The notes below the pieces were generated by a model. The model did not search any database. It was not told the DNA's origin and saw only the letters and a program-made list of their open reading frames with translations. 41,078 nt of DNA from an uncultured Methanosarcinales archaeon. Its GTDB lineage: Archaea > Nanobdellota > Nanobdellia > Woesearchaeales > CAZKBD01. Each line of letters begins with the position of its first letter. Positions within the stretch are counted from its first letter, which is position 1. Position numbers and translations under genes: made by a program. Below are positions 1 through 11,758 of this stretch, one piece after another. The stretch is taken from NCBI GenBank assembly GCA_964550945.1, contig CAZKBD010000006.1:1-41078 (forward strand), written 5' to 3'.

Positions 1-62
1 AGCAGGGAATTTTGGCTGATTATTAAATGTGTAAACTAATTATCAAATTGAACACTATTTTG

Positions 63-2819
63 TCAATTTAAAAGATTAACAAAACTTGGCTTGGGAGCCC
101 TGTCAACATAGTAAAGCCCCCAATGTGGGCCGACAGAATCCTTTTCTACCTTGTGAGGCTCGTCAAAAGCCTCAAAAGCCAGCCATGGAATACTGTTCGA
201 ACCTGCAAGAGCCAAGAAATCCCTGAAAAACCTTTCCTGATTTTCAAGGCTTGGGACCGCAGATCCAAAACTAGGACCATCAGATGGCCAGCCTGTCTCA
301 GCAATGACAACTTGCTTATTAGGATATTGAGTTTTTAACTCTTGCCATCTCTGAACAACATAATCAGCTGCGTTTTCAACAGGAATTCCCTCCCAATAAG
401 GATGAACATGGACAAATAGGCAGTTTACAGCATCTGCCAAATCAGGATTGTCACGCCATACATGCCATGGCTCTGCTGTTGTTACCATAGGAAAATTTGT
501 TTCATCTGTTAATTGGTTGATGTATACAATCAAATTATCTTTTGACAAGCGGTTAGAATAGACGGATTCATTACCAACAACCACTATATTAACAGACTTA
601 GGATTATAACTATCAATCTCCTTTATAGTGTTAATATTCTCCTGATCAGTTAAAGGGTCTCCGCTTAGCCAAACGCCCTGAACACATCTTAATCCATGCG
701 ATTCACAAAGCCTTGCAATATCGAACAAAGTTCCTTCAGTACCATAAGTCCTTACAATCCTTGAATCAAGAGAAAGTATGTTTAAATCTTCGTCAATCTG
801 CTCAAGAGAAGGGTACACTCCTAAAATAGGAGATTGGCCTCCCCTATAAGGGCCATAACAGAATCCGCCAATGACAGGATCAGTAGGAACAGCATCAGAT
901 AGTTGGGATGGGTCAAACTTAAGGTATTTGACAACGCCTGTACCCATTATATACTCAGAATAACTAATGTGGACAAATCCATCATTATCAACTGCGATTG
1001 AAGGCTTGGTGCAGCTTGTGCTTCTGTCAAGGATAAAATCTTTCCATGAGCCAGATGAATTTGTCAAATAGACAATGTCACCACAATTATTCTTGCCTCT
1101 CTCAATAACAGTAACAACATGATCTTTTCCATTATTGTCTATTGCCAAATCTGGATAAGCAAAACCGTTTGCATACCTATCTCCAAATAGTTCAAATAAA
1201 CTGGCAGAGCTCTCCATAATCAATTCAGGGATAAAAGAGCCTGTGCTATTATCCGCATGAACAAGCTGGCATATGTTGTTAAAGTCAGAAGAAGGATAAT
1301 GGTTTGCTACTGCATGGATATTATTAGTTGAATCAACCACAATTGAACCATTATAACTATTAGGGGTGATGGAAACACCAGAATCCCATTCACCAGAAAC
1401 ATTTGAGGCCATCCTTAAACCTCCATTAGTATAACTGATATAGGCTTTATCATTGCTATCAATGACTATATGTGTAGGGTTCCATGCTGCGCTGCCTAAT
1501 GCTATTGACTCCCACTGCCCAGAAGAGTTAGTTGAGTACCATAAATCATCTGCACTCCACTCCCAACAGCTTATGTGGACATTTCCTTTTGAGTCAACAG
1601 CAATATCATTCTCAAGGCCTATGCTTGCTTGTCTGATTAGCCTTTGCTCAGATGCCCATGAGCCAGTCTTGTTTGAGATATAACACAAATCTTCACCATT
1701 ACCATCACTTGTGCTTGATGATATATGGATTTTATCATTTCTGTCTATTGCTAAGCCATTCCAATAGCCAAAGCTGTGCCAGTCATCTATCAATGCACTG
1801 AAATTCACATGCCTCCAGTCGCTTCCATTCCAGAATATAACTCCTAATTTCGCATTGTTGTCTCCTATCTTATCTCTAATTGTAAAATAGGGATTATTAT
1901 GGCTGTCAGTGTCAATTGAAGACTGGGCTGTATAGGCATTGCCAAAAACAACAGCTTCAAGCCCTGACTCAAGAGTTTCAATTGAGGAGCTAATATGATT
2001 TCCATTATCAGGATCATCATCCCTAATGGTTACATTAGCATAGGAATATCCCTCATAATCCCTTGTTAGATTGACCAAGTCCGATATATTAACTGTGAAG
2101 GACTTATCATCTTCCCTATCCATATTATCCAATATCTGTACAGGGATGGTTGCAGTTAAATCATTCGGGCCAAAATTAATAGTGCCTGAAGCCTCAACAT
2201 AATCTTCTCCAGGAACTGCAGATATTGCGCTTGTATAATAATTGACGCTTGAAGGGATTCCTGGCGGTTTGTCAAGCGTTAAAACAATGTTAGAAGTTCC
2301 ATCAGCCTCATTGACAAGAATGTCCCTTGAAGTGAAACTAACCCTGCTAAAAGGGTCGTCATCACCAATAGTTATTGTTGCGAGAGAATCACCCAAGATT
2401 CCGCCTGACACATCATATAACTGGAGCTGAAAAGTCTCCAGCGGCTCTACATTCTCATCATTTAGTATAGGAATCTGAACACTTTGATAAAATAGACTGC
2501 CACTCCCAAAAGTTAAAGTACCAGAAACAGGAGTATAATCACTTCCAGCAGCAGCAGAGCCGTCAACTGTAGAATAATGAACAGACACACTCCCTGAATA
2601 AGAAGAAGGCCTATTCAAATCAACCCACACATTAACTGAGCCAGCATCCTCATAAGTGTTATAGGAAGACTCGTCAACTCTAACTTCAATTGTCTCAGCA
2701 GGAGGATGTATTGGAGAAGAGCAACCATACAAGAGGGGGGATAAAGTTAACATCCCAAAGACAACTGGCTTGCCTAAGGATGTTTTAACATAATTCAAAA
2801 TTTTTTCCAACCTGCTCAT
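63..2819 (-). CDS. Lipoprotein-like surface protein: two Calx-beta domains, central beta-propeller-like region, C-terminal GH17-type beta-1,3-glucanase domain
   Basis: N-terminal LLYGC lipobox-like signal. Calx-beta motifs (DGSAAAGSDY...GTLTF, IPILNDENVEPLETF; SAVPGEDY...ILDNMDREDDKSF). C-terminal CYGPYR, VRTYG, VGNE and AETGWPS motifs typical of GH17. GGGGGT RBS. Confidence 0.8.
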   Translation of the reverse strand: MSRLEKILNYVKTSLGKPVVFGMLTLSPLLYGCSSPIHPPAETIEVRVDESSYNTYEDAGSVNVWVDLNRPSSYSGSVSVHYSTVDGSAAAGSDYTPVSGTLTFGSGSLFYQSVQIPILNDENVEPLETFQLQLYDVSGGILGDSLATITIGDDDPFSRVSFTSRDILVNEADGTSNIVLTLDKPPGIPSSVNYYTSAISAVPGEDYVEASGTINFGPNDLTATIPVQILDNMDREDDKSFTVNISDLVNLTRDYEGYSYANVTIRDDDPDNGNHISSSIETLESGLEAVVFGNAYTAQSSIDTDSHNNPYFTIRDKIGDNNAKLGVIFWNGSDWRHVNFSALIDDWHSFGYWNGLAIDRNDKIHISSSTSDGNGEDLCYISNKTGSWASEQRLIRQASIGLENDIAVDSKGNVHISCWEWSADDLWYSTNSSGQWESIALGSAAWNPTHIVIDSNDKAYISYTNGGLRMASNVSGEWDSGVSITPNSYNGSIVVDSTNNIHAVANHYPSSDFNNICQLVHADNSTGSFIPELIMESSASLFELFGDRYANGFAYPDLAIDNNGKDHVVTVIERGKNNCGDIVYLTNSSGSWKDFILDRSTSCTKPSIAVDNDGFVHISYSEYIMGTGVVKYLKFDPSQLSDAVPTDPVIGGFCYGPYRGGQSPILGVYPSLEQIDEDLNILSLDSRIVRTYGTEGTLFDIARLCESHGLRCVQGVWLSGDPLTDQENINTIKEIDSYNPKSVNIVVVGNESVYSNRLSKDNLIVYINQLTDETNFPMVTTAEPWHVWRDNPDLADAVNCLFVHVHPYWEGIPVENAADYVVQRWQELKTQYPNKQVVIAETGWPSDGPSFGSAVPSLENQERFFRDFLALAGSNSIPWLAFEAFDEPHKVEKDSVGPHWGLYYVDRAPKPSFVNLLN

Positions 2820-2994
2820 CTTATACCCCCTAAACTATTCAAGAATATAGGCGGATATAAAAACTTTTGCCTAACATAAAAAATAAAAACAATTAATTCA
2901 ATGGATTAATGTCACTAAGCCATACAAAGAACCGGAAACAACAAAACAAAAACCAACCCCCATATAGCTTTGATCAATACCCTAATAGTTCAAC

Positions 2995-5900
2995 CTACTT
3001 GATGAAGATGTCCCTGTATTTTATTCTTGTTATCCCATCATTGGCAACACTAACCCTTAAGGTATAAACTCCTGGCTCGACATCATAAGGTATCTCTAAT
3101 GGGACCATCTGAGTTATGCTATCTCCTGCATCTACTCTAAATGGGCCTATCCTGTTCCTTAAGTCTAGATCCTGTATCGTTAAAGTGATTCTTGTATGGT
3201 CCATGTTGTATATATCCTTGTTTGTAAAGGTTATAAGGGCTAACAAATCATCCCCTGCCTTAAGTTCATCGCCATTTAAGAGTTCTAACTGAGTCCATCC
3301 AATCTTCTCCCTTGCATAGGTTTCTTTTTTAGGCAGGCCTACACTTATAGTAAATGCTTGCACATCTGTCAAACCATCTGTGTCCCTAGCCTCAACCCTC
3401 ACTTTATTAGCTCCTAGCTGAGATTTTGTTGGGATCCATTCTATCAACCCAGTGTTTGCGTTTATAGCCATCCCTACAGGCGCTTCTAATAGCGAGTAGG
3501 TTAGGATATCCCCTTCTGGATCAACTGCATTAACATCATATTTATATTTTGTTTTGAAAACATAAGGATCTTCTTCTACTAAGGTTGTTACTGGTTTTGA
3601 GATTATTCTTGGGCCGTCATTGACACAGTTTTGATTTATATCATCATCCCTCTCAGGATTCCCTGGGAAAATATCTGCACTATCATCATTGCAGTCTCCC
3701 TCACAAACCAGATAACTGTCCTCATCAATGTCATATTCGTCTGTTGGAAGCGTACCGTCACAGTCATTGTCTAAACCATCACAGATCTCTGCAGCAGGAT
3801 TTCCAGCTGTGCAGCTGTCAACTTCATCTCCAGCTATGCATTGCAATGCTCCATTAGCAGNNNNNNNNNNNNNNNNNNNNNNNNNNNNNNNNNNNNNNNN
3901 NNNNNNNNNNNNNNNNNNNNNNNNNNNNNNNNNNNNNNNNNNNNNNNNNNNNNNNNNNNNCATTGCAGTCATTATCAATACCATCACATACAGCATCATT
4001 TGCTGCTGGTGTTCCTGCTGTGCAGCTGTCAACTTCATCTCCAGCTATGCATTGCAATGCTCCATTAGCAGAGCACTGTCCAATACCACAGCTTGTAGCT
4101 GTTTCAACATAATCTTCATCAACTGCTCCATTGCAGTCATTATCAATACCATCACATACAGCATCATTTGCTGCTGGTGTTCCAGGAGTAGCGTCACAAA
4201 TAGTTGTTGAGCCATCTATTGAGCATATATAGTTGCCAGAATCTTGGCACTGCCCTATTCCTAGAGAGCATGTATCTCCTAAATTAGTAAAGTCTTCATC
4301 AATTTGTGCATCGCAATCATTGTCCTGGTTATCGCATGATTCATCATTGCCTGGATAATTGTTAGCATCATTATCATCGCAGTCATCTGATCCAGGGCAT
4401 AATGCATCTATTGCATAATGGTCATCATCATCAGCATCAAAACACTGCCTATCATAGACCTTTATATTAACAAAATCTTGTCCAGACTGATCATCATCAT
4501 CCACAGCTATTAGGGTTATCAGATGATCGCCTGCTGGCAATGTCCTGCTAAAATCAACTGGCTCTCCAGTGCCCGAGTATAAAGTTCCCAATATATCAGA
4601 TGTCCATTCATAGCTAACAACAACACCATCAGGATCAGTAGCAGTCCCGCTAAAGTCAATTGACTCATCTGAGAAGAACTCTGCCCCTTCTAAAGGAAGA
4701 ATAATATGAACTTCAGGCGCTAATAATGGGTTTATTAGGATCCATACCGTATCTGTGTCTGAGTACATCAGCACATCATTATCATAGACAGTCAAGGTTA
4801 TATCGTGCCTTCCAAGGGATAAGTCATTTCTAGTGAAGGAAATATCGCATCTTTGTAGGTTGCATGTGCCTGCTCGTAAAACACCATCAATATCAGACAT
4901 CCATTGGTAGCTAACTATTAATCCATCAGGATCCTCTCCATAGCCCTCGAATAGGATATTCTCTCCAAATACAAAAACATCTCCATTCTCAGGGCTTGTG
5001 ATTTCAGCTGTTGGAGCCTGTAATGGCTTAATCTCAATCTGGATGTTATCTGATCCAGAAAGTCCGTCATTATCAATAGCAGTAAAAGTGATAGTATGCA
5101 ATCCTAAGCTTAGCGAACTAGTAGCAAATGTTCTTGAGTTAGATATTGCTCCATCAATGCTTGAAGTCCATTGATAGCTGGATATTGTGCCGTCAAAGTC
5201 AGTAGCTTCTCCATTAAATGTAACTTGTTCTCCTTGCTTGAAGTCATCTCCATCATCAGGCTCTGTTATAGACACAATCGGAGCAGTCAACTCTATGATA
5301 GATAATTGGATAGTATCAGACATTGTTTGCCCGTCATCATCAACAATCGTGAATGTGATTGTATGAGTTCCAACACTTAGATCATTTCTGTTAAAAGACA
5401 TAACGCAAGACTGGGTATTGCAAGTACCAGAGTATATTGCTCCATCAATGCTTGAATCCCATTCGTAGTCTACAATAACGCCATCACTATCTGTCGCTGA
5501 ACCGCTGAATATTATGGAGTCGCCAACTTGAAATGTTGCGCCATCTCCAGGAGCAGTGATTGAGACAGTAGGAGCAATTGGTTGCCTGACTGCAAGTGTA
5601 ATCTGATCTGAATCTGTTGCGCCGCCATCGTCAACAACTGTGAATGTGATTGTATGCGTTCCAACTGAGAGTGCTGTTGTTGTAAATGTTGAGAAAGAAC
5701 CGCTTCCAGTTAGCAATGATCCATCAATGCTTGATTGCCAGCTAAAGCTTACAATTGATCCATCAGTATCATCTCCAACTCCAGTGAATATTATCTCCTG
5801 GCCCACTAGATATTCAGAATCATCAGGAGGGCTTGTGATTGATGCAGTTGGTGGGATATTAACAGCTAGAACAGTAATTTGTGTAGTGTCATCATAACCA

Positions 5901-7810
5901 GTATCTCCATCATTGTCTGTCACAGTGCATCTTGGAGTGTAAGTTCCTGGAGTTGCATAACTATGAGTTGGATTCTGCTGTGTGCTTGTTGTGCTATCTC
6001 CAAATGCCCATGAATATGTTAAAGGAGCATTTCCTGAAGTGGATGTGCATGTGAAGCTAAAGACTTGAGTGTCTTCCAAGCCAGATGTTGGCGTTACATC
6101 TGCAGTAACATGGCTGGATGGAGTTGTGTCTTGTATAACTGTAATCGGTGTAGTGTCATCATAACCAGTATCTCCATCATTGTCTGTCACAGTGCATCTT
6201 GGAGTGTAAGTTCCTGGAGTTGCATAACTATGAGTTGGATTCTGCTGTGTGCTTGTTGTGCTATCTCCAAATGCCCATGAATATGTTAAAGGAGCATTTC
6301 CTGAAGTGGATGTGCATGTGAAGCTAAAGACTTGAGTGTCTTCCAAGCCAGATGTTGGATTAACTGTTGCTGTTACATGTCCAGATGGAGATGTATCAGC
6401 TCCTACTGTTATCTGTTGTGAACATGTTGCTGTGCTGCCATCATTATCAGTAACAGTAACAGTTGCTGTATAACTGCCATCATTTGCATAAGTATGAGTT
6501 GGATTTTGCTGTGTGCTTGTTGAGCTGTCTCCAAATGTCCATCTGTAGGCGTAAGGCGTAAATCCCCCACTAGCTGTAGAACTTAAACTTACAGGTAAAG
6601 GTTCTATTCCTGAAGTTGGATTTGCACTGCAGCTTACTGATAATCTTGGATAAACATACAATTCCATTGTCTGAGTGTTAGGCAAATTCTGACTTCCTGG
6701 ACAGTTACGGCCTATTCCTGAAACAGATATCTCATACAAGCCATAGCTTGGGAGATTAAATGAAAATGAATATGCTACAGGATTCATTATATCTGGATTA
6801 GCAGACAAGACTGCTGTACTTTGTCCTGTTTCTAAAGTTCTGGTGTTAACATAACTATAAGTTACAGATGTTCCAATTGAGGTTATAAGATATTGAGGAG
6901 CAGTGTAATCATAATTATTTGCGTGGTTGCTTATCTTATTATACATAAAATTAACTGAATTTCCTTCTATAGGAGTCAGTGAACCTGTTTCAAGATCATT
7001 TATTATTGTCCAGCACATGTCTCTTGGCAGGTCAGCCAATACTGTGAATTGGTCCCATGCTGACAATGGCTCATTAGCAGCGCATTGATCATCGGTTATT
7101 GTAGATGTTACAGTAGCTTTATAATTTCCTTCCTGGCTGGGTGTCCATTCATAATAAAAAGTATCATAGCTGTCCATGAATATTGGATTGCCATTAGCTT
7201 CTGTGTAATAAGCTGTGTAAGTTTGTACAACTTGATTTGTGTCTAGATTTCTGATTTCTAGATCCAGCCTTGTGTCAGCAGAATAATACCTGTCTTTTAA
7301 TGAAGGAGGGACATACTCTACAAGAGGGAATGCTGGCCTAAAAGCGCTATGAACATCTGCATCAAGCTCTGCTAGCATATCTACAATTAATGGTAATTCA
7401 GGTGAGGCATAATTTGTTACACTGAAAGAATCAACTACTCCTCTGCACATTGCAATTTTATTAAAAACTAAAGGGTCTCCATTATTTCCATCTCCAGAAC
7501 ATTGATTGCCACTAGTACAGTGCCATGTTGCTTTTCCTTCTTTAGGGATATAACCGCTAGAAACAAAGTACATTGCATAACCATAATAAGGTGATTGTAA
7601 AGCTGCAGGAAAAGGTATAGTTATTTGCCCGTTAGTTGTTGAGCCAGTCCAGCTCCAACCTGTAACTGAAGCACAATCAGAATCTGCGCAATTATATATC
7701 TTTACATCAACATTATTCCTGCTAAATGTATAGGTAACGTCTGCTGTTGCTGTTACTATACTTGCAAGTACTATTATCATAGAAACCAAAATTAATATTG
7801 ACTTTTTCAT
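2995..7810 (-). CDS. Giant surface protein/adhesin (~1590 aa or more) with signal peptide, PKD and Ig-like repeats, Cys/Asp-rich MopE-like metal-binding repeats and a cadherin/He_PIG-like domain; split in the ORF track by the N gap
   Basis: Signal MKKSILILVSMIIVLASIVTATA. PKD motif WAFGDSTTSTQQNPTHSY x3. WxSSIDG...LSVGTHTITFT x5. CDGIDNDCN repeats. AVDPEGDILTYSL. ORFs 3854-7810 and 2995-4038 join across the gap through the same 168-bp repeat. Confidence 0.85.
3806..4183. repeat. 168-bp (56-aa) tandem coding repeat collapsed around the 100-N gap (3861-3960)
   Basis: 3961-4015 matches 4129-4183 and 3806-3860 matches 4017-4071. The implied true gap is 57 + n x 168 bp. Confidence 0.85.
5881..6358. 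repeat. Near-identical ~211-bp direct repeat (267-bp period) encoding duplicated PKD domains
   Basis: 5881-6091 matches 6148-6358 at the nucleotide level. Confidence 0.9.
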
Positions 7811-7847
7811 TTTATCCCCCCAAATTATTTTCGAATGAATATGAAAC

Positions 7848-10800
7848 TTATTTCAATAACTTGCTAAGGCCGTCGCCAATTGCTTCTACGCCATCAACAA
7901 TGGCATCTCCACTACCTGCCAAGCCATCACCTATTATTTCTCCCCCGCCAAGTGTGCCTAAATCGCATGGAATCTCTATATATTCGGGTATCTCGACATA
8001 TTCAGTTATATATTCTGTCGGACCCCTTATGAATACAGTGCTTTGATTAGGGGTTCCGGTTCCCTCTTTAACCCCCTTATCATACCCTTCCTCATACTGC
8101 CTCTCCCCATATTCTTTCATAGCAATACCAGCAACCACCCCAGCTTCAATATATGCCTCTGTTTTTCTTCCTCTGTTCCAATCGTTTATTTTTCTTTCAT
8201 GATGGAATGCTATTTCCTCTCCTGGATCAACTCTTCCATTACCATTTGTATCTTTACCTATTTCAATCGTATAGGTATACTGGTTAGTCTGCGCTCCATC
8301 AACTTCTACTCTTCTGTCATGATCGAATCTTTTAAACTCAGGAAGCCTCCAATCCATCTCACCATGATTTCTATGTACAATCTCGTCCATAGTTAGAATA
8401 TGCCCTTCTCTAGCTAAGCGATCAAATCTATCCTGGTGTTTATCTAAAGCCAAGCTCCCTAAAACTGGCCTCCATCTGTCAAATAAATTGTCACATACCT
8501 TATACCAAGCTTGCCTAAAATAGATTTGTTCTTCTGGTTCTGGAACATCTCTGCTCTTGTTAGGCATCCTCTCTGCTTCAAAACCAAGTTTATATGCGTA
8601 ACCATCAGGAACTGCATCTTCATTTATCCTAACTTTATAGCAGCTTCTCTCTGCAAGATTTACTACGCCGTCTTTGTTAGGGTCTTTTCCATCCAATTTT
8701 CCAGGATTATCTGCAAGCATCTTATCAACAACTTCAGCAAAATTTAGATCGTGAGTTTTAGCTGGAAGGCGCAAGTGTATTCCAAATGGCTCTGCCATTG
8801 GAGAATTTTTATACTTATCATGCTCTATGTCGCTAAGTTTAAACTGAGGATGTTCAACTCTTTCTTGGCTTATCAAAGGCGCACTTTCAGCAGGCGCTTC
8901 TGGTGGTGCGCTTGTTATTTGTGGAGCAGCAGATGCATGGCCAGCAATTCCTATTAGGTCATAATTGCCGCTCCTTTCATACCTAACTGCAAGATTTTCA
9001 AGCCCGATTGTTGAGCCTGTCAAAGCTCCGTTAGTTGTGCAAAGCTTTAATCCATTGTATAATTCAAAATTGCCTTCTTTTGTTACTCCCCCTAAACCAT
9101 TGAAATGCCATCTTCCGCTTGCTGGAGCAGTAGAATAATCCCAATTGCCATCATGAAGAACAACTACATTTGGAAGATTTACTCGTATGCTATCTACTGG
9201 ATGCAAATTCAAAGTTGCATTCTGCGTTAAAGAATCATCAAATCCACTATGCCTGCTGAAAGCACTAGTTGATTTATGCCCAAATTCAGTTTCAAATGCT
9301 TTTAAAAAAGTAGGGGTGTTTTGTAGATAGACTCCATTGCCTAAATTATCAAATCCTTTTGAACCCAGATCACTTAAATTGACTGTTCTTAAATTCCATG
9401 CTTCTGTGTTAAAATCATTGTTTGTTGCTAAGCCATATTTACCCCAATCAACAGTAACCTTGCCTTCTGTAACTGGTATGTATAATCGCTCCCATCCTAG
9501 ATTAGCTTCTTGGCCTTGAGCAGTTCCTTGATTGATCATGTCCATGCTAAGAACAACATAAGTATGATCTCCTCTAAGAGCTTCTGGAACATTGATGGTC
9601 AACTGAGTTGGGCTGTCAATGGCATATTTAACAGATGGTAAAGCTGCAGCTCCATTATCTATGTATGTTCCTTTAACAGCTTGCGCTGGGAAAAGTTGAG
9701 ATAAAGCTCCATAGTTTTCTTTTGATAATAATTCTGGTTGCGTTTTTTCTTGAGCATAGCGTACATCTGACTTAAATCCTAAGCTATCAAATCCTGTTCG
9801 CTCGATAGGATTCAACTTATCATATTCTGCTTTTGTTACTACGCCGTCTTTAGCTGCTCCTAAACTTGAAAATTGGGCCCATTGATCTGATTTTAGATAA
9901 GCTGGCTCTGCTTTTTCAGCAGCATAATGCTTTCCAACTTCGAAACCAAGAGCTTTAAATCCTGATTGCGTAATTGTATCTAGTGCATCAAATTCTTTTT
10001 GAGAGACTACACCATCTTTTGCAGCTTTGCCTAAGCTTGTAAATCCAACCCATTTATCTGCAGCTAAATGAGAAGGTTCTGCTTTGTGTTGAACATATTC
10101 TGTGCCTATTTTAAGGCCAGCTGCTTCAAACCCCTTTTGAGTTAGAGTAGCAAGCCCATCAAATTCTTTTTGTGTAACTACTCCATCTTTAGCAACTGCA
10201 CCTAGTCCTAAAAATGATGTCCAGTTACCTGCATCCAAATGAGTAGGCGCTGCTTTCCCAAGAGCATAAGGCTGGTCTACTTTGTAGCCTTCAGCTTCAA
10301 ATCCTTTCTTTGCTATAGGGCTAGCTTTTTCGAGCATATCTTTTGTGATTGTGATATCTTTTGAATGAGTATCCTTAACTAAATTTTGCGCTGGCTTATC
10401 AGCTGGTGCAGGATCTGAAGGTTTTGCTGATGGAGCATCTGTTGTTTGAGCATAAGCAGTGCTAAAAATGAGATTATCGATTGCGTTACCTACTCCACTC
10501 ATTGCATACCTTGGAACGCTATCAACTGCATTAGAAGCCTTAGCAACATGTTTTCCAATTGAAGTTTCTCCTAAGTATTGGTGACCTGCGCTGCCAGCAA
10601 TAGTATCAACCAATGAAGCAGCCATTGCTAACTCAGCGCCAAATGCAGCATATTCAGTTGCAGCTCCAATTGCTTTTGCAGCTCTGCTATCTCCTTTTCC
10701 AATATTTTTACCAACTCTAGCTAGAGCTTCAGCTCCCATTCCTATTAAACCAAATGTAGGGCTATAAGCTGCTAGTTTCCCTGTTCTTTCTAATGCACGT

Positions 10801-11495
10801 GAAACTGCTTGAGAATCTCCACCAAAATATTGATGATCAGTTATATTTTTAGATGCAGCGCCAAATGCAGAGTCAACAACTGCTCTTTTAGCAAGATAAG
10901 ATCCAACTGCTCCAGCGCCAGCTGTTGCAGCACCACCAACAATCAGTCCTGTCCAAAGTTCAGAACTCATGTTTTTCATTAAGCTGCCAAATCTATCACC
11001 AGTATCATAATATCCTTTAACAAACTCCTGGCCGCCGATAGTGGCAGTCTTTGCCCCTTTCTCATGAGTATAAACCTCAGAAACATGTCCAACAACACCT
11101 TGATCAACCAATTCTTGGGCTATTGCCCTTCTTACTGGATTTCTTCCTCCAGCATACTGCCTTGTTAAAGCTGCAATATTTTCTAAACCCATCGTTCCTT
11201 GGCTGCTGTGATAAGCTGCAGCAATCTTTTCTGCTGCACTATGGGCCTCATTTGTAAGTCCTGCCAATGAATATGCATTGTAAAAAGTTTGTCCAGCATC
11301 CTTTTTTCCAAGAACCGCTGCTCCAACAACATCTGCAATATCTCCTGCAAATGAAACCGCAAAATCAGGAACGCTTGTTAGTACTCTTTTAAGCCTAGAT
11401 GCAACAACACTACTATAACCAGCAGCATCAACATTTGTAGGTGATGTAGGATTTAAAGCTATAGAACCATCATTTTGTATTTGATAACCTGGCAT
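7848..11495 (-). CDS. Large hypothetical membrane/secreted protein (1215 aa) with internal ~53-aa repeats and EF-hand-like motifs
   Basis: Long ORF with GAGGGGGT RBS and upstream BRE/TATA. Gly/Ala-rich hydrophobic helices. Repeats of KDGVVxxKEFDxL...GF. DPNKDGVV and DTNGNGRVDPGE motifs. Confidence 0.75.
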   Translation of the reverse strand: MPGYQIQNDGSIALNPTSPTNVDAAGYSSVVASRLKRVLTSVPDFAVSFAGDIADVVGAAVLGKKDAGQTFYNAYSLAGLTNEAHSAAEKIAAAYHSSQGTMGLENIAALTRQYAGGRNPVRRAIAQELVDQGVVGHVSEVYTHEKGAKTATIGGQEFVKGYYDTGDRFGSLMKNMSSELWTGLIVGGAATAGAGAVGSYLAKRAVVDSAFGAASKNITDHQYFGGDSQAVSRALERTGKLAAYSPTFGLIGMGAEALARVGKNIGKGDSRAAKAIGAATEYAAFGAELAMAASLVDTIAGSAGHQYLGETSIGKHVAKASNAVDSVPRYAMSGVGNAIDNLIFSTAYAQTTDAPSAKPSDPAPADKPAQNLVKDTHSKDITITKDMLEKASPIAKKGFEAEGYKVDQPYALGKAAPTHLDAGNWTSFLGLGAVAKDGVVTQKEFDGLATLTQKGFEAAGLKIGTEYVQHKAEPSHLAADKWVGFTSLGKAAKDGVVSQKEFDALDTITQSGFKALGFEVGKHYAAEKAEPAYLKSDQWAQFSSLGAAKDGVVTKAEYDKLNPIERTGFDSLGFKSDVRYAQEKTQPELLSKENYGALSQLFPAQAVKGTYIDNGAAALPSVKYAIDSPTQLTINVPEALRGDHTYVVLSMDMINQGTAQGQEANLGWERLYIPVTEGKVTVDWGKYGLATNNDFNTEAWNLRTVNLSDLGSKGFDNLGNGVYLQNTPTFLKAFETEFGHKSTSAFSRHSGFDDSLTQNATLNLHPVDSIRVNLPNVVVLHDGNWDYSTAPASGRWHFNGLGGVTKEGNFELYNGLKLCTTNGALTGSTIGLENLAVRYERSGNYDLIGIAGHASAAPQITSAPPEAPAESAPLISQERVEHPQFKLSDIEHDKYKNSPMAEPFGIHLRLPAKTHDLNFAEVVDKMLADNPGKLDGKDPNKDGVVNLAERSCYKVRINEDAVPDGYAYKLGFEAERMPNKSRDVPEPEEQIYFRQAWYKVCDNLFDRWRPVLGSLALDKHQDRFDRLAREGHILTMDEIVHRNHGEMDWRLPEFKRFDHDRRVEVDGAQTNQYTYTIEIGKDTNGNGRVDPGEEIAFHHERKINDWNRGRKTEAYIEAGVVAGIAMKEYGERQYEEGYDKGVKEGTGTPNQSTVFIRGPTEYITEYVEIPEYIEIPCDLGTLGGGEIIGDGLAGSGDAIVDGVEAIGDGLSKLLK

Positions 11496-11566
11496 AACAA
11501 TAACCCCCTCGATGTTTAGTTTTTAAAGTATATTTTGTAATTTTTAGTTTAGGGTAGCACATCTTA

Positions 11567-11582
11567 TATTTAAACCTTTCGG
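11567..11582 (-). promoter_or_regulatory. Archaeal BRE-TATA promoter for the surface-protein genes
   Basis: Minus strand reads CCGAAAGGTTTAAATA, ~70 bp upstream of the 11495 ATG. Confidence 0.65.
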
Positions 11583-11758
11583 ATAATTCACTATTGTTAA
11601 ATAATAAACTAATGTCCTTTTTGTCCAGTGATGATTAAAATGGAGATGAATCACTTGAATAGAATAAACATCTGGCACAATAATCAAACACCACTATAAC
11701 ATACTCACATAAAATTTAATACTTATGTTGGTTTAAGGCATACAAACTAGGAAACAAA

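Noticed and set aside
3854..4038. Frameshift or two separate genes in the adhesin
   Set aside because: Artefact of the 100-N placeholder. The repeat-inferred gap of 57 + 168n bp keeps the frame.
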